Of a stretch of 64,000 nt of DNA, positions 12,250 to 24,969 are shown one piece after another; the stretch's first letter is position 1; every line of letters starts with the position of its first letter. Location: NCBI RefSeq assembly GCF_009834535.1, contig NC_045697.1, positions 73,968,001 through 74,032,000 of the forward strand, written 5' to 3'. The notes under the pieces are model-generated. The model made no database searches. It was given only the letters and a program-made list of their open reading frames with translations, and had not been told where the DNA came from. Origin of the DNA: Camelus ferus (Eukaryota). Made by a program: the position numbers and the translations under genes.

Positions 12250-12617
12250 GACGCTTCTATTCAATGTGGTATTGAAAGTCCTAGCCACAGAAATCAGACA
12301 AGATAAAGAGAAAAAAGGGATCCACATTGGAAGAGAAGAGGTAAAATTGTCACTATATGCAGATGACATGATCCTATATATAGAAAACCCTAAAGACGCC
12401 ACACAAAAAATACTAGAGCTGATAAATGAATTAAGCTAAGTAGTAGGACACAAGATTAACATACAGAAATCTGTTGCATTTCCTTACACCGACAATGAAA
12501 TATCACAAAAGGAAAAAAAAATCCCTTTTAAAATTGCAGCCAAAAAAACCCAAAAAAACAAAAAAAACTTAGGGATAAACCTTACCAAGGAGGTGAAAGA
12601 CTTATGCACAGAAAACC
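12250..12617 (+). mobile_element. L1 ORF2 reverse-transcriptase fragment
   Basis: Translation [47 protein letters not shown] contains the RT catalytic YADD motif; stop at 12437-12439. Confidence 0.95.
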
Positions 12618-13258
12618 AACACCATTTATTGAAGAGGCTGCTTTTTCCCCATTCCATATTCTTGCCTCCATTCTCATAGATTATTGACCATATAAATGTA
12701 GGTTCACCCTGGGCCCTCTATTCTGTTCCATTGATTTGTGCATGCGTGCATGAGTGTGTGTGTCACACTGTTTTGATTACTGCAGCTTTGTAGTATAGTT
12801 TGAAGTCAGGGCACATGATACCTTCAGCTTTGTTCCTTTCTCTCAAGATTGTCTATTTGGGGTCTTTTGTGCTTCCATACAAATTTTAGGATTATTTGTT
12901 CTAGTTTTGTGAAAAATGCCATTAGTATTTTGATAGGGATTGCACTGAATCTGCTGATTACCTTGGGTAGTATGGTCATTTTAACAATACCAATTCTTCC
13001 AATCAGTGAGTATGGTGTATCTTTTCATTTGCTTGTGTCATCTTCAGTTTCTTTCTTCAGTGTCTTACAGTTTTCCTAGTATAAATCTTTTCCCTCTTTA
13101 GTTAGATTTATTGCTAAATATTTTATTTTTTGATGCAATTGTTAATAGGATTGCTTTCTTAATTTCTCTTTCTGATAGTTTGTTGTCAGTGTATACAGAT
13201 ACAACAGATTTCTACATATTAATTTTTCATCCTCCAACTATATTGAATTCATTGATTA
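12618..13258 (-). mobile_element. L1 ORF2 fragment, inverted relative to neighbours
   Basis: caacaccatttattgaagag...gatagggattgcactgaatctg...gaattcattgattag is antisense ORF2 downstream of the RT core. Confidence 0.9.
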
Positions 13259-13890
13259 GAACTTGAAGTCCTTGTGCATTGCTGGTAGGAATGTAAAATG
13301 GCACAGCCACTGTGGAAAACAGTATGGCAGGTCCTCAAAATGCAAAACATCAGACTATCATGTGGCCTAGCAATGATGCTCTTAGATATATACCTAGAAT
13401 ATCAAACATATTCATACACCAATGTTCATTGCAGCATTACTCGTAATAGCCAAAAAGTGGGAACAATTCAAGTGTTCATCAATAGATGCATTCATAAACA
13501 AATTGTGGTATGTACATACAATGGAATATTCTTCAGATGTATAAAGGAATGAAGTTCTGATACGTGTAAAATGCTGATGAAAGTTGAAAACATTACGCTA
13601 ACTGACAGTAGCCAGATACAAGAGGACAAATATTGTATGATTCCACTTGCATAAAATAACAGAACAGGCAAATTCATACACACAGAAAGCAGATTAGAGG
13701 TTACCAGGGGCTGGGGCAATAGGGAAGTTTTGCTTAATGGGTACATAGTTTCTGTTTGGGCTAATGACAAGTTTTGGAAACAGTGGCAATGGTTACATAA
13801 CACGGCTAACGTAATCAATGCCACTGACTTGACAATGGTTAAAATGGCTGATTTTGCTAATTTTTTACCACAATAAATATAATTCTAAAA
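13259..13890 (+). mobile_element. Older L1 (L1MB-type) ORF2 end + 3' UTR
   Basis: Translation [10 protein letters not shown]; aaagcagattagaggttaccaggggctgggg; aatgccactga; ttttaccacaataaa. Confidence 0.85.
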
Positions 13891-14655
13891 AATAACATTC
13901 TTATATATTAAAGCAAAAAATTCTTTATGTGGGTTATTTGAAACTAAAAATCACATTAGGAGAATTATTCCTGGTACATTTTTATGTGCTGTATTCACTT
14001 TCTTAGTGGTATCCATTTTAACACTATATGAACATTATTTTTCTAATTTATTTGAAATTTTTGTTATAAAATTATCTGAAATCTTTATAGTTGCATATCA
14101 TAGTCAACAAATTTGAAGCTTTTACTTTTCCTACAGTTCATATTTTTACTGAAAAAATACTGTGTATGGTAGCTGATCAGCCCAGACCAATGTTGAATTT
14201 TGTATATTGAAAATGTAGATATTTCAGCTTAAATATTTTCATACTAAAGAATGCCTTTCTTTGATACATAGTTTTATAAAGAATAAATTTGGCCAAAAAG
14301 TTGCCTCTATGATCTTTTGAATGTTTTACCAAATTTAAATGCTGAAAATCATAAATCTCCATTTCCTTCCATCTTGATATATGGAATATAAATTTATTCA
14401 TTTGAAAACAGGCGCTCCATTAAAAGTCTTCCCACAAGTAGAAATATTGTAAAATGAAATTTAAAACTTCAGAATGAAATATCATATACCACTTGAGTCC
14501 TCATTCTGTCCATTTTTCTCTTGCTTTTTCAGGGATAAAATAAATGTCTTCCTGTTTCAAAGCTTCCCCCTCACAATAATTGTGATTTATTAAAAACTTA
14601 TATTTGGGTTGCTCTATTTGTTAAATACTTGGATTTAAAATTCCCAATTTATTTT

Positions 14656-15366
14656 AATGTAGTTTGGTGCAGCCATTATGAAAAACAGTATGGAGATTCC
14701 TCAAAAAACTAAAAATAGACTTACCATATGATCCAGCAATCCCGTTCCTGGGCATATACCCAGAGGCAACCTTAATTCAAAAAGTCACATGCACCCCAAT
14801 GTTCATAGCAGCACTATTTACAATAGCCAAGGCATGGAAACAATCTAAATGTCCATTAACAGATGACTGGATGAAGAAGTTGTCGTATATATACATATAA
14901 TGGAATACTACTCAGCGATTTAAAAAAAAGAGTAAAATAACGCCATTTGCAGCAACATGGATGGATCTGGCAATCATTATTCTAAGTGAAGTAAGCCAGA
15001 AAGAGAAAGAAAAATACCATATGATATCACTCATATGTGGAATCCAAAAAAAAAAGACAAATGAACTTATTTACAAAACAAACAGACTCACAGCCATGGA
15101 AACAAACATGATTACCAGGGGAAAGAGGGTGGAAAGGGATAAATCTGGCAGTTTGAGATTTACAAATGTTCACCACTATGTATAAAAATAGATTAAAAAA
15201 ATTTATTCTGCACAGAGAACTATATTCAATATCTTGTAACAACTTTTAATGAGAAAGAATATGAAAACACGACTGGGACATTGTGCTGTACACCAGAAAC
15301 TGACAACATTGTAAACTGACTATACTTCAATTAAAAAAAATTTAAAAAAAGAAAAAAAGAATAAAA
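14656..15366 (+). mobile_element. 5'-truncated young L1 (camelid/cetartiodactyl-type)
   Basis: ORF2 end MDLAIIILSEVSQKEKEKYHMISLICGI, 3' UTR, A tail; TSD taaaattcccaattt (14636-14650) / taaaattcccatttt (15367-15381). Confidence 0.95.
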
Positions 15367-15613
15367 TAAAATTCCCATTTTAAACAAAATGCATTCAAAA
15401 TTTAAAGACATTTTCTCCAAAAAGTTTAGAATCACTGCAAGTATATTAGGCTGATTTACAAAGGGTCCTTCAAAGATTCAGGCATTTCTAAAATCCAATC
15501 GGTGATGAGCAGTGAAGAGAAGAAACATAAGTTCTGACACGAAAAAGCAGCTTTCTGTATTCAACATCATCCACATCATAAAAATTTATAATGACTCTGA
15601 ATATATAAAAATA

Positions 15614-15745
15614 GGGGAAAGGTATAGCTCAGTCATAGAGTATGTGTTTAACATGCACAAGGTCCTGGGTTCAATCCCCAGTACCTCCATATAAACAAAC
15701 AAACAAATCTAATTACCACCTCCCCAACAAAGGAAAAAAAAAATA
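15614..15745 (+). mobile_element. tRNA-derived SINE, Vic-1 type
   Basis: ggggaaaggtatagctcagt...aggtcctgggttcaatccccagtacctcc..ctaattaccacctcccc + A tail. Confidence 0.9.
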
Positions 15746-17069
15746 ACAAAAATGTATCTGATTAGTAGAATAACACAGCTTGTTTAGCTGCAACTATAAT
15801 GTATGTGTGCACCACAATCAGTCCAAGTAGAATTCAGCTTCATAATTTAATTGAGTAAAAAAACAGTAATTATTACCTCATGCCTATGTTTCACCAAAAT
15901 TTGTATTTATCTTATCACAAAATAATTTATCGTTCAAAGCTGAACTTCTTTTTAAACTAAATTTGCAAACTATCAGTCACAATCACGCCAATCAAATGAA
16001 CTTTCAAAAAGTTTGCTCTGAATACATGATTTATCTTTTTTAAAGGATTATTATTGGAATTAACAGATTTTCTATTTCAGGCATCTGATAACACTGATAC
16101 AAAACCGGCATCATTTCACTGACTGAGAATTTTTCTTCTGCTAATGGAGCATAGTTATCACTTCACTTTTGTACATGCACTAGAAAACCTGGAGGTGAAC
16201 ATGAGCAGAACAGTCATTTGATCAAATGACAAGTTCACAGTGATAAATGCACTTACTGCCTCCACACACGTCAGACTGGAGCTATACACAGTTTTCTTAT
16301 AAATACTAAGTTTTGAAATACATCATTTTTCAGGGATTTCTGTCTTCTGGTTTTCCTTAGGTTAGTGATATTTTGTTTAATTGTTTAATTGTTCTGTTGG
16401 TCAATCAATAACTTTCTTGAGAAACAACAGTCAGCACTTCATTTTTCACTGAACATGTGCTTTTGATTTTTTTGAACTCATAACTCCTGAAAGGGTTTAT
16501 TGCCAAATAAAAGGCTATTAAATAATAAAATAAAATAAATATAGATTTATGACAGCCAATAAGCGAAAAAAACATTGTAGTGGGACTTCTCTCTTTATGT
16601 GCTACAGCAAGACCACCCAGCTTCTATTTTCTGCTCATTATTTCATGTCCATTTAACCTCTATCGTCCCTTGTTTTCCACTGACCAGGACCGTTCCCTGC
16701 ACCTCACAGGCTGGCACCATTGCATCAGTAGGACAGCAGTTTTATATACTTCTCCCACCACTCGAGACCTAAAGGACTTCAATGTAGTCACCCACTGGGC
16801 TGCTTTACCATGAAGGCCTTGTGTGCTGCCCTTGAAAGGGAGGTGCCTTTCAGACTCAACCACATGTTAAGGTGAGAATTCTGTTTACTGACATATACCT
16901 CAAACACTCGAAGAAGAGCCCATGGGAGAAGCTAGAAGTAATAAAGTGAAGTTCTTAATTTGTTAAAAAATGAGAAATCTAAGACAAATGCTAAAATGGA
17001 CGCAACACTACAAGAGGCAAAAATCACACTATTTGGTTATCTGACTTCGAATCTTTTACCCCTGAAACC

Positions 17070-17620
17070 AGAGCGATGTTTCTGAAATGCAGATTTGATC
17101 TTGTCCCTCCTCTATGTCCCTCTCTTCAGTGGCTCCTTATGAGAGAAGGTTCAAACACCTTGGTATGGCCCTCATGATAGGCACCCTCCTCATCTTTCAC
17201 CATCCCCATCTCACAGGGTAGAGTCCACTTGCTCAGAATAAGGAGAAAGGTGGAGGTACAGGGAGCAAGACCTCAGGTTACTGGTTCAGTAAAGGATCCC
17301 GCCACAATTTCCTTCCCAAACTAAGCTCTCTCACCCTGGTTGGCTGACTCTTCCCTTTCTTCAGGTATCAGTCTAAAGGTCACTTCCATAGGGAAGACTT
17401 GTCCTTCTGAACCCTGCGTCTGAGTCTCCTCCTGTCTGCTCTCACTGTGCCCTGCTCTTCCCCATCATAACACTTCTTGTCCCCTGTTATAATTACCTGT
17501 TTTCTTCTCCCATTCCCTTATTGAACCACAATGGCCAAGAAGCTGGGCACATGTCTTATCTACCGTATTACTAACATAAGATACAGTAACTAACACTTAG
17601 CCCTTAAAAATATTAAATAC
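17070..17620 (+). mobile_element. L2 3' region fragments
   Basis: tttctgaaatgcagatttgatcttgtc...cagtggctcc; aggtcacttcc..agggaag; ataacactt..ttataattacctgttt. Confidence 0.65.
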
Positions 17621-18808
17621 ATAAGTAACAAAGACAATATATAATCAGGGCCAAATTGGTAGTATAGGGTGGCAATAACAGCTCAGAGTACAAAGGAGGA
17701 AGTGCCCTTTTTAATACATCAGACATAAAGATATCCTTGCTCTAGACCCCAAAAAACTCAAATGGGAAGAATCAAGGTCAGGATTAAAGTTAGGTTAATC
17801 CTATGTCTTGGATTCTAGTCTAGGGCATATTCCCTTTATCCGTAGGCATTGGAAAGCCACAGGACAGTTTGTGAGCCTGAGTGTCTATCACAATACAGGT
17901 AAGTGGATTAGTTTTGCTAAAGAACAAACTTTGGGAATCCCGAAGCTCAACATTTTCAACTTCCTTAGTTTAGACTCAAAATTGGACCTGCCTTTTATAA
18001 CCACAATCACAAGCCCACAGAATGAAAATAAAGCACAGCTAATTTCTGGGGCTACCCCAGAGATTCCTGAGAAGTTGAAGTATATCATTTTGTCTCAAAT
18101 AATAAAATGCATCCAGTGTTAGTATTTCAGAAATTGGAAAGGGAATTCAAATCCTTCCAATAACGGAGTTTAATCTACCCCATTTTGGCGGTGTTATCAG
18201 GCTAGTTTCCCAAATATGACTTGAAAACTTTTGTTATGTAGGTTTACACAAGATATTCTCATCTATTTGCTTTTTATTCTTGATGCTAACTTCCTCTATC
18301 AGAAAAACCTCTTGCTAGTTGAATGAGAGTCATTGTAGAAATATAGTCTGTCTGTCTGTCTCACATGCACACACACACACACCCCAGAGCCAAACAACAT
18401 AACTCAGAAGGGGATTACCGACTTAGCACAAACCTGTCACCAGCCATGTCATTAAAGATAGTGCTACAGTAATGACTGCCCCACTCCCTGTGCCTCTGTC
18501 CCACCTCCAGCTGCCCTAGCTGCCATTCATTCTGAATTGTAGGGCCCATTAAAGAAATCCAGAATAGCTCTTTCTCCATTGACATAAGCAACATTTTATC
18601 ATGTACTATCTGGTTAGTTGCCCATATGTATCTATCTTTCCAGCCATAATACAAAAGCACATGTGGCACATCTGTCCTTGCTAAGTACCAAAGCACATGA
18701 CAATCTGGATGGAGTTCACTCTATCAATCCCAATGGCAAAGGGGATAAAAATGGTAAATTTCACAGTGCAGCAGTAAAATAATAGTAACCTGTTATTTAA
18801 CTGACATG

Positions 18809-19060
18809 GCCAACAATTCTGTCTTGAAAATATGCATCTGACAATTTTCTCTTACTCCCAAGGATTTTCACCTTCCAGGGACGCAACCAATAATTTTGCT
18901 CATCCAGAGACATAGCTGACAATTTTGTCTTCTACAGTGTAGACTGACAATTTGTTCTTCAAGAAATGAAGCTGACAGATTTGTACCCATCAGTCACTAC
19001 CAAAACTCATCACAGCTAAGATAATGTAGCTGAAATATTTTCCTACTTTTAGGATAGCAG
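18809..19060. repeat. Degenerate ~28-bp tandem repeat (~7-9 units), consensus approx. GCTGACAATTTTGTCYTYCARGRAYGCA
   Basis: Unit starts at 18809, 18837, 18886, 18915, 18943, 18971 and 19029; spacings mostly 28-29 bp or a double, with one shorter gap. Confidence 0.75.
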
Positions 19061-19869
19061 CCTTTCATCCAAACTTTAAAAACATTTTTTTTAAATAGAG
19101 CAAAAATAAAGAGTCCAGAAAAGTTAGCTTTTGACAATAGAAACAATTTCTCATAGCTTATAAACATACGACCTTGTTTTTATCAGCTGTTCTGTATTCC
19201 CCCTTTTAGGAACTTAGGTGGTGGTTTATTTTAAGGCAAAAGGTGTGTCGATCACATTATAGAAGTGACTTCCATATACTATTCCAGAATCACCAGAAAA
19301 GCCTAATCAGTTTCTTTCAAATGGAATAAAAACATCCAGGATTTAGGCATTGAGGATATTTTTCTTGCCATGAAAATCTAAAATCTAGAACATTAGCTAC
19401 AACTGGAAAACTTTAACAGAAATCCAATGATATACACTATTATATTTTGCCTATCAAATTCCCAAAGTAACAGGCCAACCAGTCCACTGTAGTTCAGAAG
19501 ATTGGACCTCTGAGCTATATTCATTTTTCCTTCTTATGGGTCCTACCTTCCCCACCCAAGCCAGTGGGTTGATACATTATTGCCCACTGTTTTCTTCTTG
19601 CTATATTTTATTCCCAGACTAAGGGAGATGATCGGAGGAACAAAGGGGAGAACTAAATCTTCTCTTGATGGGAAGAGTAACGTGGTTTCCTTTTATCATA
19701 TACTCTTGTTACTTCTACCTCATTCTCTACACATGAAAATTCTACACATGAAACCAGAAAAATATGAGCAGATAAAAATAAGTAAATAAGTCATAGTTAA
19801 GATACATGAGAAACTGCTTAGACAACTCTGATAATGTTTTCTTTTTGGCAGATGTGTTAAATTCTAACA

Positions 19870-20874
19870 GCCATTAATTTCCAGAATATACAAACAGCTT
19901 ATACAATCTAATAACAAAAAAACAAACAACCCAATCCAAAAATGGGCAGAAGATCTAAACAAGCAATTGTCCAGTGAAGACATACAAATGGCCAAGAGGC
20001 ACATGAAAAAATGCTCAATATCACTAATTATCAAAGAAATGCAAATCAAAACCACAATAAGGAATCACTTCACACCAGTCAGAATGGCCATCACTAAAAT
20101 GTGCACAAACGATAAACGCTGGAGAGGGTGTGAAGAAAAGGGAACCCTCCTACACTGTTGGTGGGAATGTAGTTTGGTGCAGCCATTATGGAAAATAGTA
20201 TGGAGATTCCTCTAAAAACTAAAAATAGACTCACCGTATGATCCAACAATCCCACTCCTGGGCAAAGATCTCAAGAGAACTCTAATTTGAAAAGGCACGT
20301 GCACTCCAATATTCATAGCAGCACTATTTACAATAGCCAAGACATGGAAGCAACCTAAATGTCCATCAACAGATGAACGGATACAAAAGTTGTGTTATAT
20401 TTATACAATAGAATACTACTCAGCCATAAAAAAGAATAAAAATAATGCCATTTGCTGCAACATGGATGGACCTGAAGATCATCATTCTAAGTAAGCCAGA
20501 AAGAGAAAGAAAAATGCCATATATCACTTATATGTGGAATCTAAAAAAAAGGACACAAATAATATTTACAAAACAGAAACAGACTCACAGACAAAGAAAA
20601 CAAACTTATGGTTACCAAGGGGGAAAAAGGGTGGAAAGAGATAAATTGGGAGTTCAAGATTTGGAGATACTATTAAATATAAAATATATAAGCAAGTTTC
20701 TAACTGTACAGCACAGGGAACTATATTCAATATCTTGTAGTAACCAAAGTGAAAAAGAATATGGAAAGGAATATGTATGTATATGTATGACTGAAACATT
20801 ATGCTGTACACCAGAAATTGATACGACTATACTTAAATAAAAAAATTTTTTAAAAATTTTAAAAATGAGAAAAA
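19870..20874 (+). mobile_element. 5'-truncated young L1
   Basis: ORF2 C-terminal cysteine-rich region ([26 protein letters not shown]), 3' UTR, A tail; TSD aaattctaaca at 19859-19869 and 20875-20885. Confidence 0.95.
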
Positions 20875-22957
20875 AAATTCTAACAAACATAATGCCTCTG
20901 TCCTATCTCTTTAAGAAACCTATTGGATCCAAAGCACTTTACTAACCACTTTCAATCGTCACGCACACAAGGAAGCCAGATGCCCTTAAGAGCACAGCCT
21001 TCACAGGAGGGCTTCTGAAAAAGCTCCTCCACTGCACTCCTGCATCCTCTCTGGCTCACTCTTTCACCCACGTCTATCTGCTCTCCTCCTTCCTAGGTGC
21101 GAGTTTTGTCTTCAGTGAACAAGTCTGATTATTATAAACAAAGGAAAGGAAGAAGGTTTCTAGCCTCTGCCGTTCTTTCCTGGAGCATCTTCACGTGAGG
21201 ACAGCTGCTCAGCACTGTGGGAAATGGTTTTATTAAAGGGGTGAGGGAGCATGGATTCAATCAAAAGGACAGGGGAGTCGAAACCACCAAGAGCCGCACT
21301 CGTGCTCCTGCTGCCGCAGACTGGGGACGAATGGCGCAGCTCCTCCCTCCAGGCCACAGGAAGACAGCAAAGGAGACCACATGACTTCCCTGAAAACCCT
21401 TTCCCCAGGGCTGTAATTGGGCTCCCTTGCTACTTTGTTTTGGCCTCAGCAATGAACAGCCGCCTGCCATTACAGGAACCAAAGGCATCCTGGAGCTAAA
21501 CGTCTGGGTGACTTGAATCGATTTCTCATAATGTAAATCAATAATGCTTCTTTATAACCCACCAGATTCGGCAGACATTACTAGGAGATATGAATGATGC
21601 TTTGCATTAGACGCTCAGATCTTCACAAAAAAGCAGATAGAATTCTAGGATATCATCACTTATCAAAATCTACAGACAAAAACAAACAAACCTCATTCCC
21701 ACTCCTCAGTTGGCACATTCTTCCACTACAGCCCAATTTTATTTACTCTCTCAAACTGGCTTTTATTTTTGGAGAGGTGGTGTCTCACCATGTCAAATAC
21801 ATATTTCTTTAAAAACCTACCCAGATTTTGTTCTAAATTTAGGCCATGTGAAAGAGTCAGGGACATAAAGACCATTGCACATTGTGACTACTGTCATTTA
21901 CAGCTTCAGGAAACACAGCCCCACAATCCCCACACTCTTAACCTTTTCTCACCTTCTCTGATGAGATCCCTAGTCCTAATTCTAAATTTCTCAAGTGCTC
22001 ACTCAGAAGACCTGAATCCCAGACCCAAGGACTACTAGAGAAACGCTTAATGAGCTGGAAAGTGTGTTTTGTTTGCTCTTCAAAACTCTGATCTTGAAAA
22101 AAAACAATTTAGAGCCAAGTACATGGGCTTTCCCTAGAAACAGCAAACCATATTGCCTTCCTGGAGAAAGGGGCTTTCATCACTCCTTCCTTCCTGTCTC
22201 ACCACTTCTAAGCTGACCAACAGTGGACACGTTTTAAAGGGGAATCAAGATGTAAGCTAAGCACAGTGAATCAAATTCCCTCTAAGCTGTGAGACACAAG
22301 GACTCCAATAACATGATCATGGGTACAAGAAGTATAAGAAGGATCATGTAGAGTTGGGCTGGAGCCACCATATTGAGCCATGTGTTGATAAAATCATTTA
22401 GGTTTGGGAAGAGATGTTTAAAAGCAGGTCTGAAAGAACTTGCAGACTTAAATCACAGAGGAAGCAGCTCACTTCTTGAATTTCCAGTTCTAGTTTCTGT
22501 ATTACCTTGCTCCATATCATTTTTTGTTCTTAAATGTTCATATTCTACTCCAGCATAAATGGGTTTTTATTCCTTGGAAGCAATAAACCTTTAAAAAATA
22601 TAGGGTTGTAACTGGTGGGGTTTACCAATTCCCATGTAAGGTAAAAATTGTGTACTGATTGAGAATGAAAATACTATACAACAGAGAGGTAAGGAAAAAC
22701 ATTCCTTAGCCTAATGGGTACTTCCATTTTTAACACACTAGGCAACATACAGAGGTTTCCAATCCTCTCTCTATCCATTTCTAAGAGGTCTGAGGGATAG
22801 CTTCCGGACTGGAGGAATCATGTATCTGTCCATATCTAAGGTCCTTTGATTAACACTGTCATAGTTAATTTTACTATTTGGAGCTATTCAGCCTACTCCA
22901 GTGATTCGAAAATGCTTTTGATAAAAAGAATGATTTTTAAAAAAGCATTATTTCAAA

Positions 22958-23047
22958 GGGGTGGGGTATAGCTCAGTGGTCCTTAGCATATGTGAGGTCC
23001 TGGGTTCAATTCCCAGTACCTCAGTTAAAAAAAAAGGAAAAAAATTT
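22958..23047 (+). mobile_element. tRNA-derived SINE, Vic-1 type, short variant
   Basis: gggtatagctcagtggt..cttagcatatgtgaggtcctgggttcaattcccagtacctc + A tail; ~10-bp internal deletion, no ctaattacc tail. Confidence 0.85.
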
Positions 23048-23529
23048 AAAAATATTATTTCAGTTCATTTTCTCTACCCTTGGGAATCCCACAAGGATGG
23101 CAAGACTTCTCAAATATTTGCCAGTTCTTAATCTCATAGGTCATATTAAGAAAAGTGACATCAGAGGAAATTTGGGGGGCAGACAGTCTGGAAAAAACAA
23201 GATGAAACATTATCAAGCTTCAGGAAGCAGCAGTTCTACATTTCTCTCTCTTTCTCCCGCCTACTAACGCGCACACCTGCACCATTCCCTTTGCACCACA
23301 CCTCAGTCTGCTGCTGAACCACTCCCACCCTGCATGAGCCCACTGTTGGCCTGTGGCTTCAGATGTGCTCTTTCACTTTCTCTCATCACAATCTCCTGCT
23401 TGTTTTCATTTCTTCCTTCCCTGTGCACCTCTTACGATTTTGCCCTCAGTGTTTCTCCAGCCCATCTCACCGATGGCTTCACTTGATCAACAACCTCCAC
23501 ATTCCAAGATGTCCAGGAAAAAGAACTAA

Positions 23530-23835
23530 ACTAAGAGACTGAAGATACAGGTACAGTCCCAGCCCTGTCATCAATCACTTGTGCAGTTGTATTCCTTAGT
23601 TTTCTCATCTGTTTAATGATGAAGAGTTCAAACAGATGGCCCCTGGAGGGGAGGGTATAGCTCAGTGGTAGATTGTGTGCTTAGCATGTGTGAAGTCCCG
23701 GGTTCAATTCCCAGTACCTCCGCTAAATAAAAAATTAAATAAAGAAAGAAACCTAATTACCTCTCCCTGCAAAAATAAACAAAAACACAGATGTCCCCCC
23801 CAAGAGCCTTCCTAGTTGTCAAGTTCTGTAACTTT
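23530..23835 (+). mobile_element. MIR3-like fragment interrupted by the SINE at 23645
   Basis: agtcccagccctgtca...cttagttttctcatctgt..aatg; resumes after the SINE as aagagccttcctagtt...ttctgt. Confidence 0.55.
23645..23784 (+). mobile_element. tRNA-derived SINE, Vic-1 type
   Basis: ggggagggtatagctcagtggtaga...gggttcaattcccagtacctcc; TSD aaacagatggcccct (23630-23644) / acacagatgtccccc (23785-23799). Confidence 0.92.
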
Positions 23836-24442
23836 AATGTTTTTTTCCTTCAAATGGAAAAGACTTTTAAAAACATTTACCTCATTACTATGTCTTTGTA
23901 TCCCCAGTCCTTAGAGTATTGGGTACTTGGAGGCTGCCTAGTAAATGTCTGTTTGTCGAGTGAAGTTATCACCTCTGCTGCTGATCTGTGGCCCAAGTGT
24001 TGGTAGCATTACATTTCTGTGTCAATACAGTGAAAGGAGAAATGCCTTTTCTCCATAATTCCAGGTGTCAGAGGCAGGCAGAATAACCTGAAAAGAATGT
24101 CCCCCATAAAAGTAGTCAAACTGACAGGACTCGACAATACCCTTCAGGGGGCTGAAAGTCATGAGAAGGGTCTTTTATCAGAGGTGTGGGCACTTAGAAG
24201 GAGGTGGAGTCTGACAAGTGAGACAAGCAAATGGCTGTGTGATGTAAGCCCTCCTTACAACACCCCAAGTCTTCATTGATGTTACTCAATCTACAAAGTC
24301 ATCACTGATGGAATTTTTCTTCATAAAAAATAAAATGAAACAGTGAAGGTCTTTAGTTGGCTGGTGTAGGAGGGATTATAATGGGATAAATATACTGGCA
24401 TTGATGATGAGTAGGAGTGACCATTAGAAAATAAGTGTGGCA

Positions 24443-24969
24443 GAAGACATGGAAGCAACCTAAATGTCCATCAACAGATGACTGGAAAAAGAAGCTGTGT
24501 TATATTTATACTATGGAATACTACTCTGCCATAAAAAAGAATAAAATAATGCCATTTGCAGCAACATGGATGAACCTAGAGACCATCACTCCAAGTGAAG
24601 TAAGCCAGAAAGAGAAAGAAAAATACCACATGATATCACTTATATGCAGAATCTAAAAAAAAAAAAAAAAAAGGACACTATGAACTCATCTAAAAAACAG
24701 AAACAGACTCTCAGACTTGGTAAACAATCGTATGGTCACCAGGGAAAGGGGGTGGGAAGGGATAAATTTGGGAATTTGAGATTTACAAATTTTAGCCACT
24801 ATATATAAAAATAGATTTTAAAAAAAAGTTTCTTTTGTATAACACAGAGAACTATATTCAATATCTTATAATAACCTTTAATGGAAAATATATGAAAATG
24901 AATATATGTATGTATATGCAGAGATTGACACATTATAATTGACTGTAATTCAATAAAAAAAGAAGAAAA
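24443..24969 (+). mobile_element. 5'-truncated young L1
   Basis: KTWKQPKCPSTDDWKKKLCYIYTMEYYSAIKKNKIMPFAATWM ORF2 end; degenerate TSD agaaaataagtgtggca / agaaaagatgtgtagca. Confidence 0.95.

Noticed and set aside
12233..12439. Reverse transcriptase gene (YADD) as part of a retron/DGR-like or novel system
   Set aside because: It is a short L1 ORF2 fragment ending in a stop inside a rearranged L1; no partner genes or ncRNA.
18809..19060. CRISPR-like repeat-spacer array
   Set aside because: Period is only ~28 bp, units are degenerate, the variable parts resemble each other, there are no cas genes, and the context is mammalian.
19726..19753. 13-bp direct repeat TCTACACATGAAA
   Set aside because: Simple local slippage duplication (15-bp period) with nothing inserted between copies.
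19864..20890. ORFs on both strands of young L1 3' ends (likewise 14961-15242, 24435-25023, 41884-42508)
   Set aside because: Sense and antisense translations of L1 ORF2 end and 3' UTR, not cellular genes.
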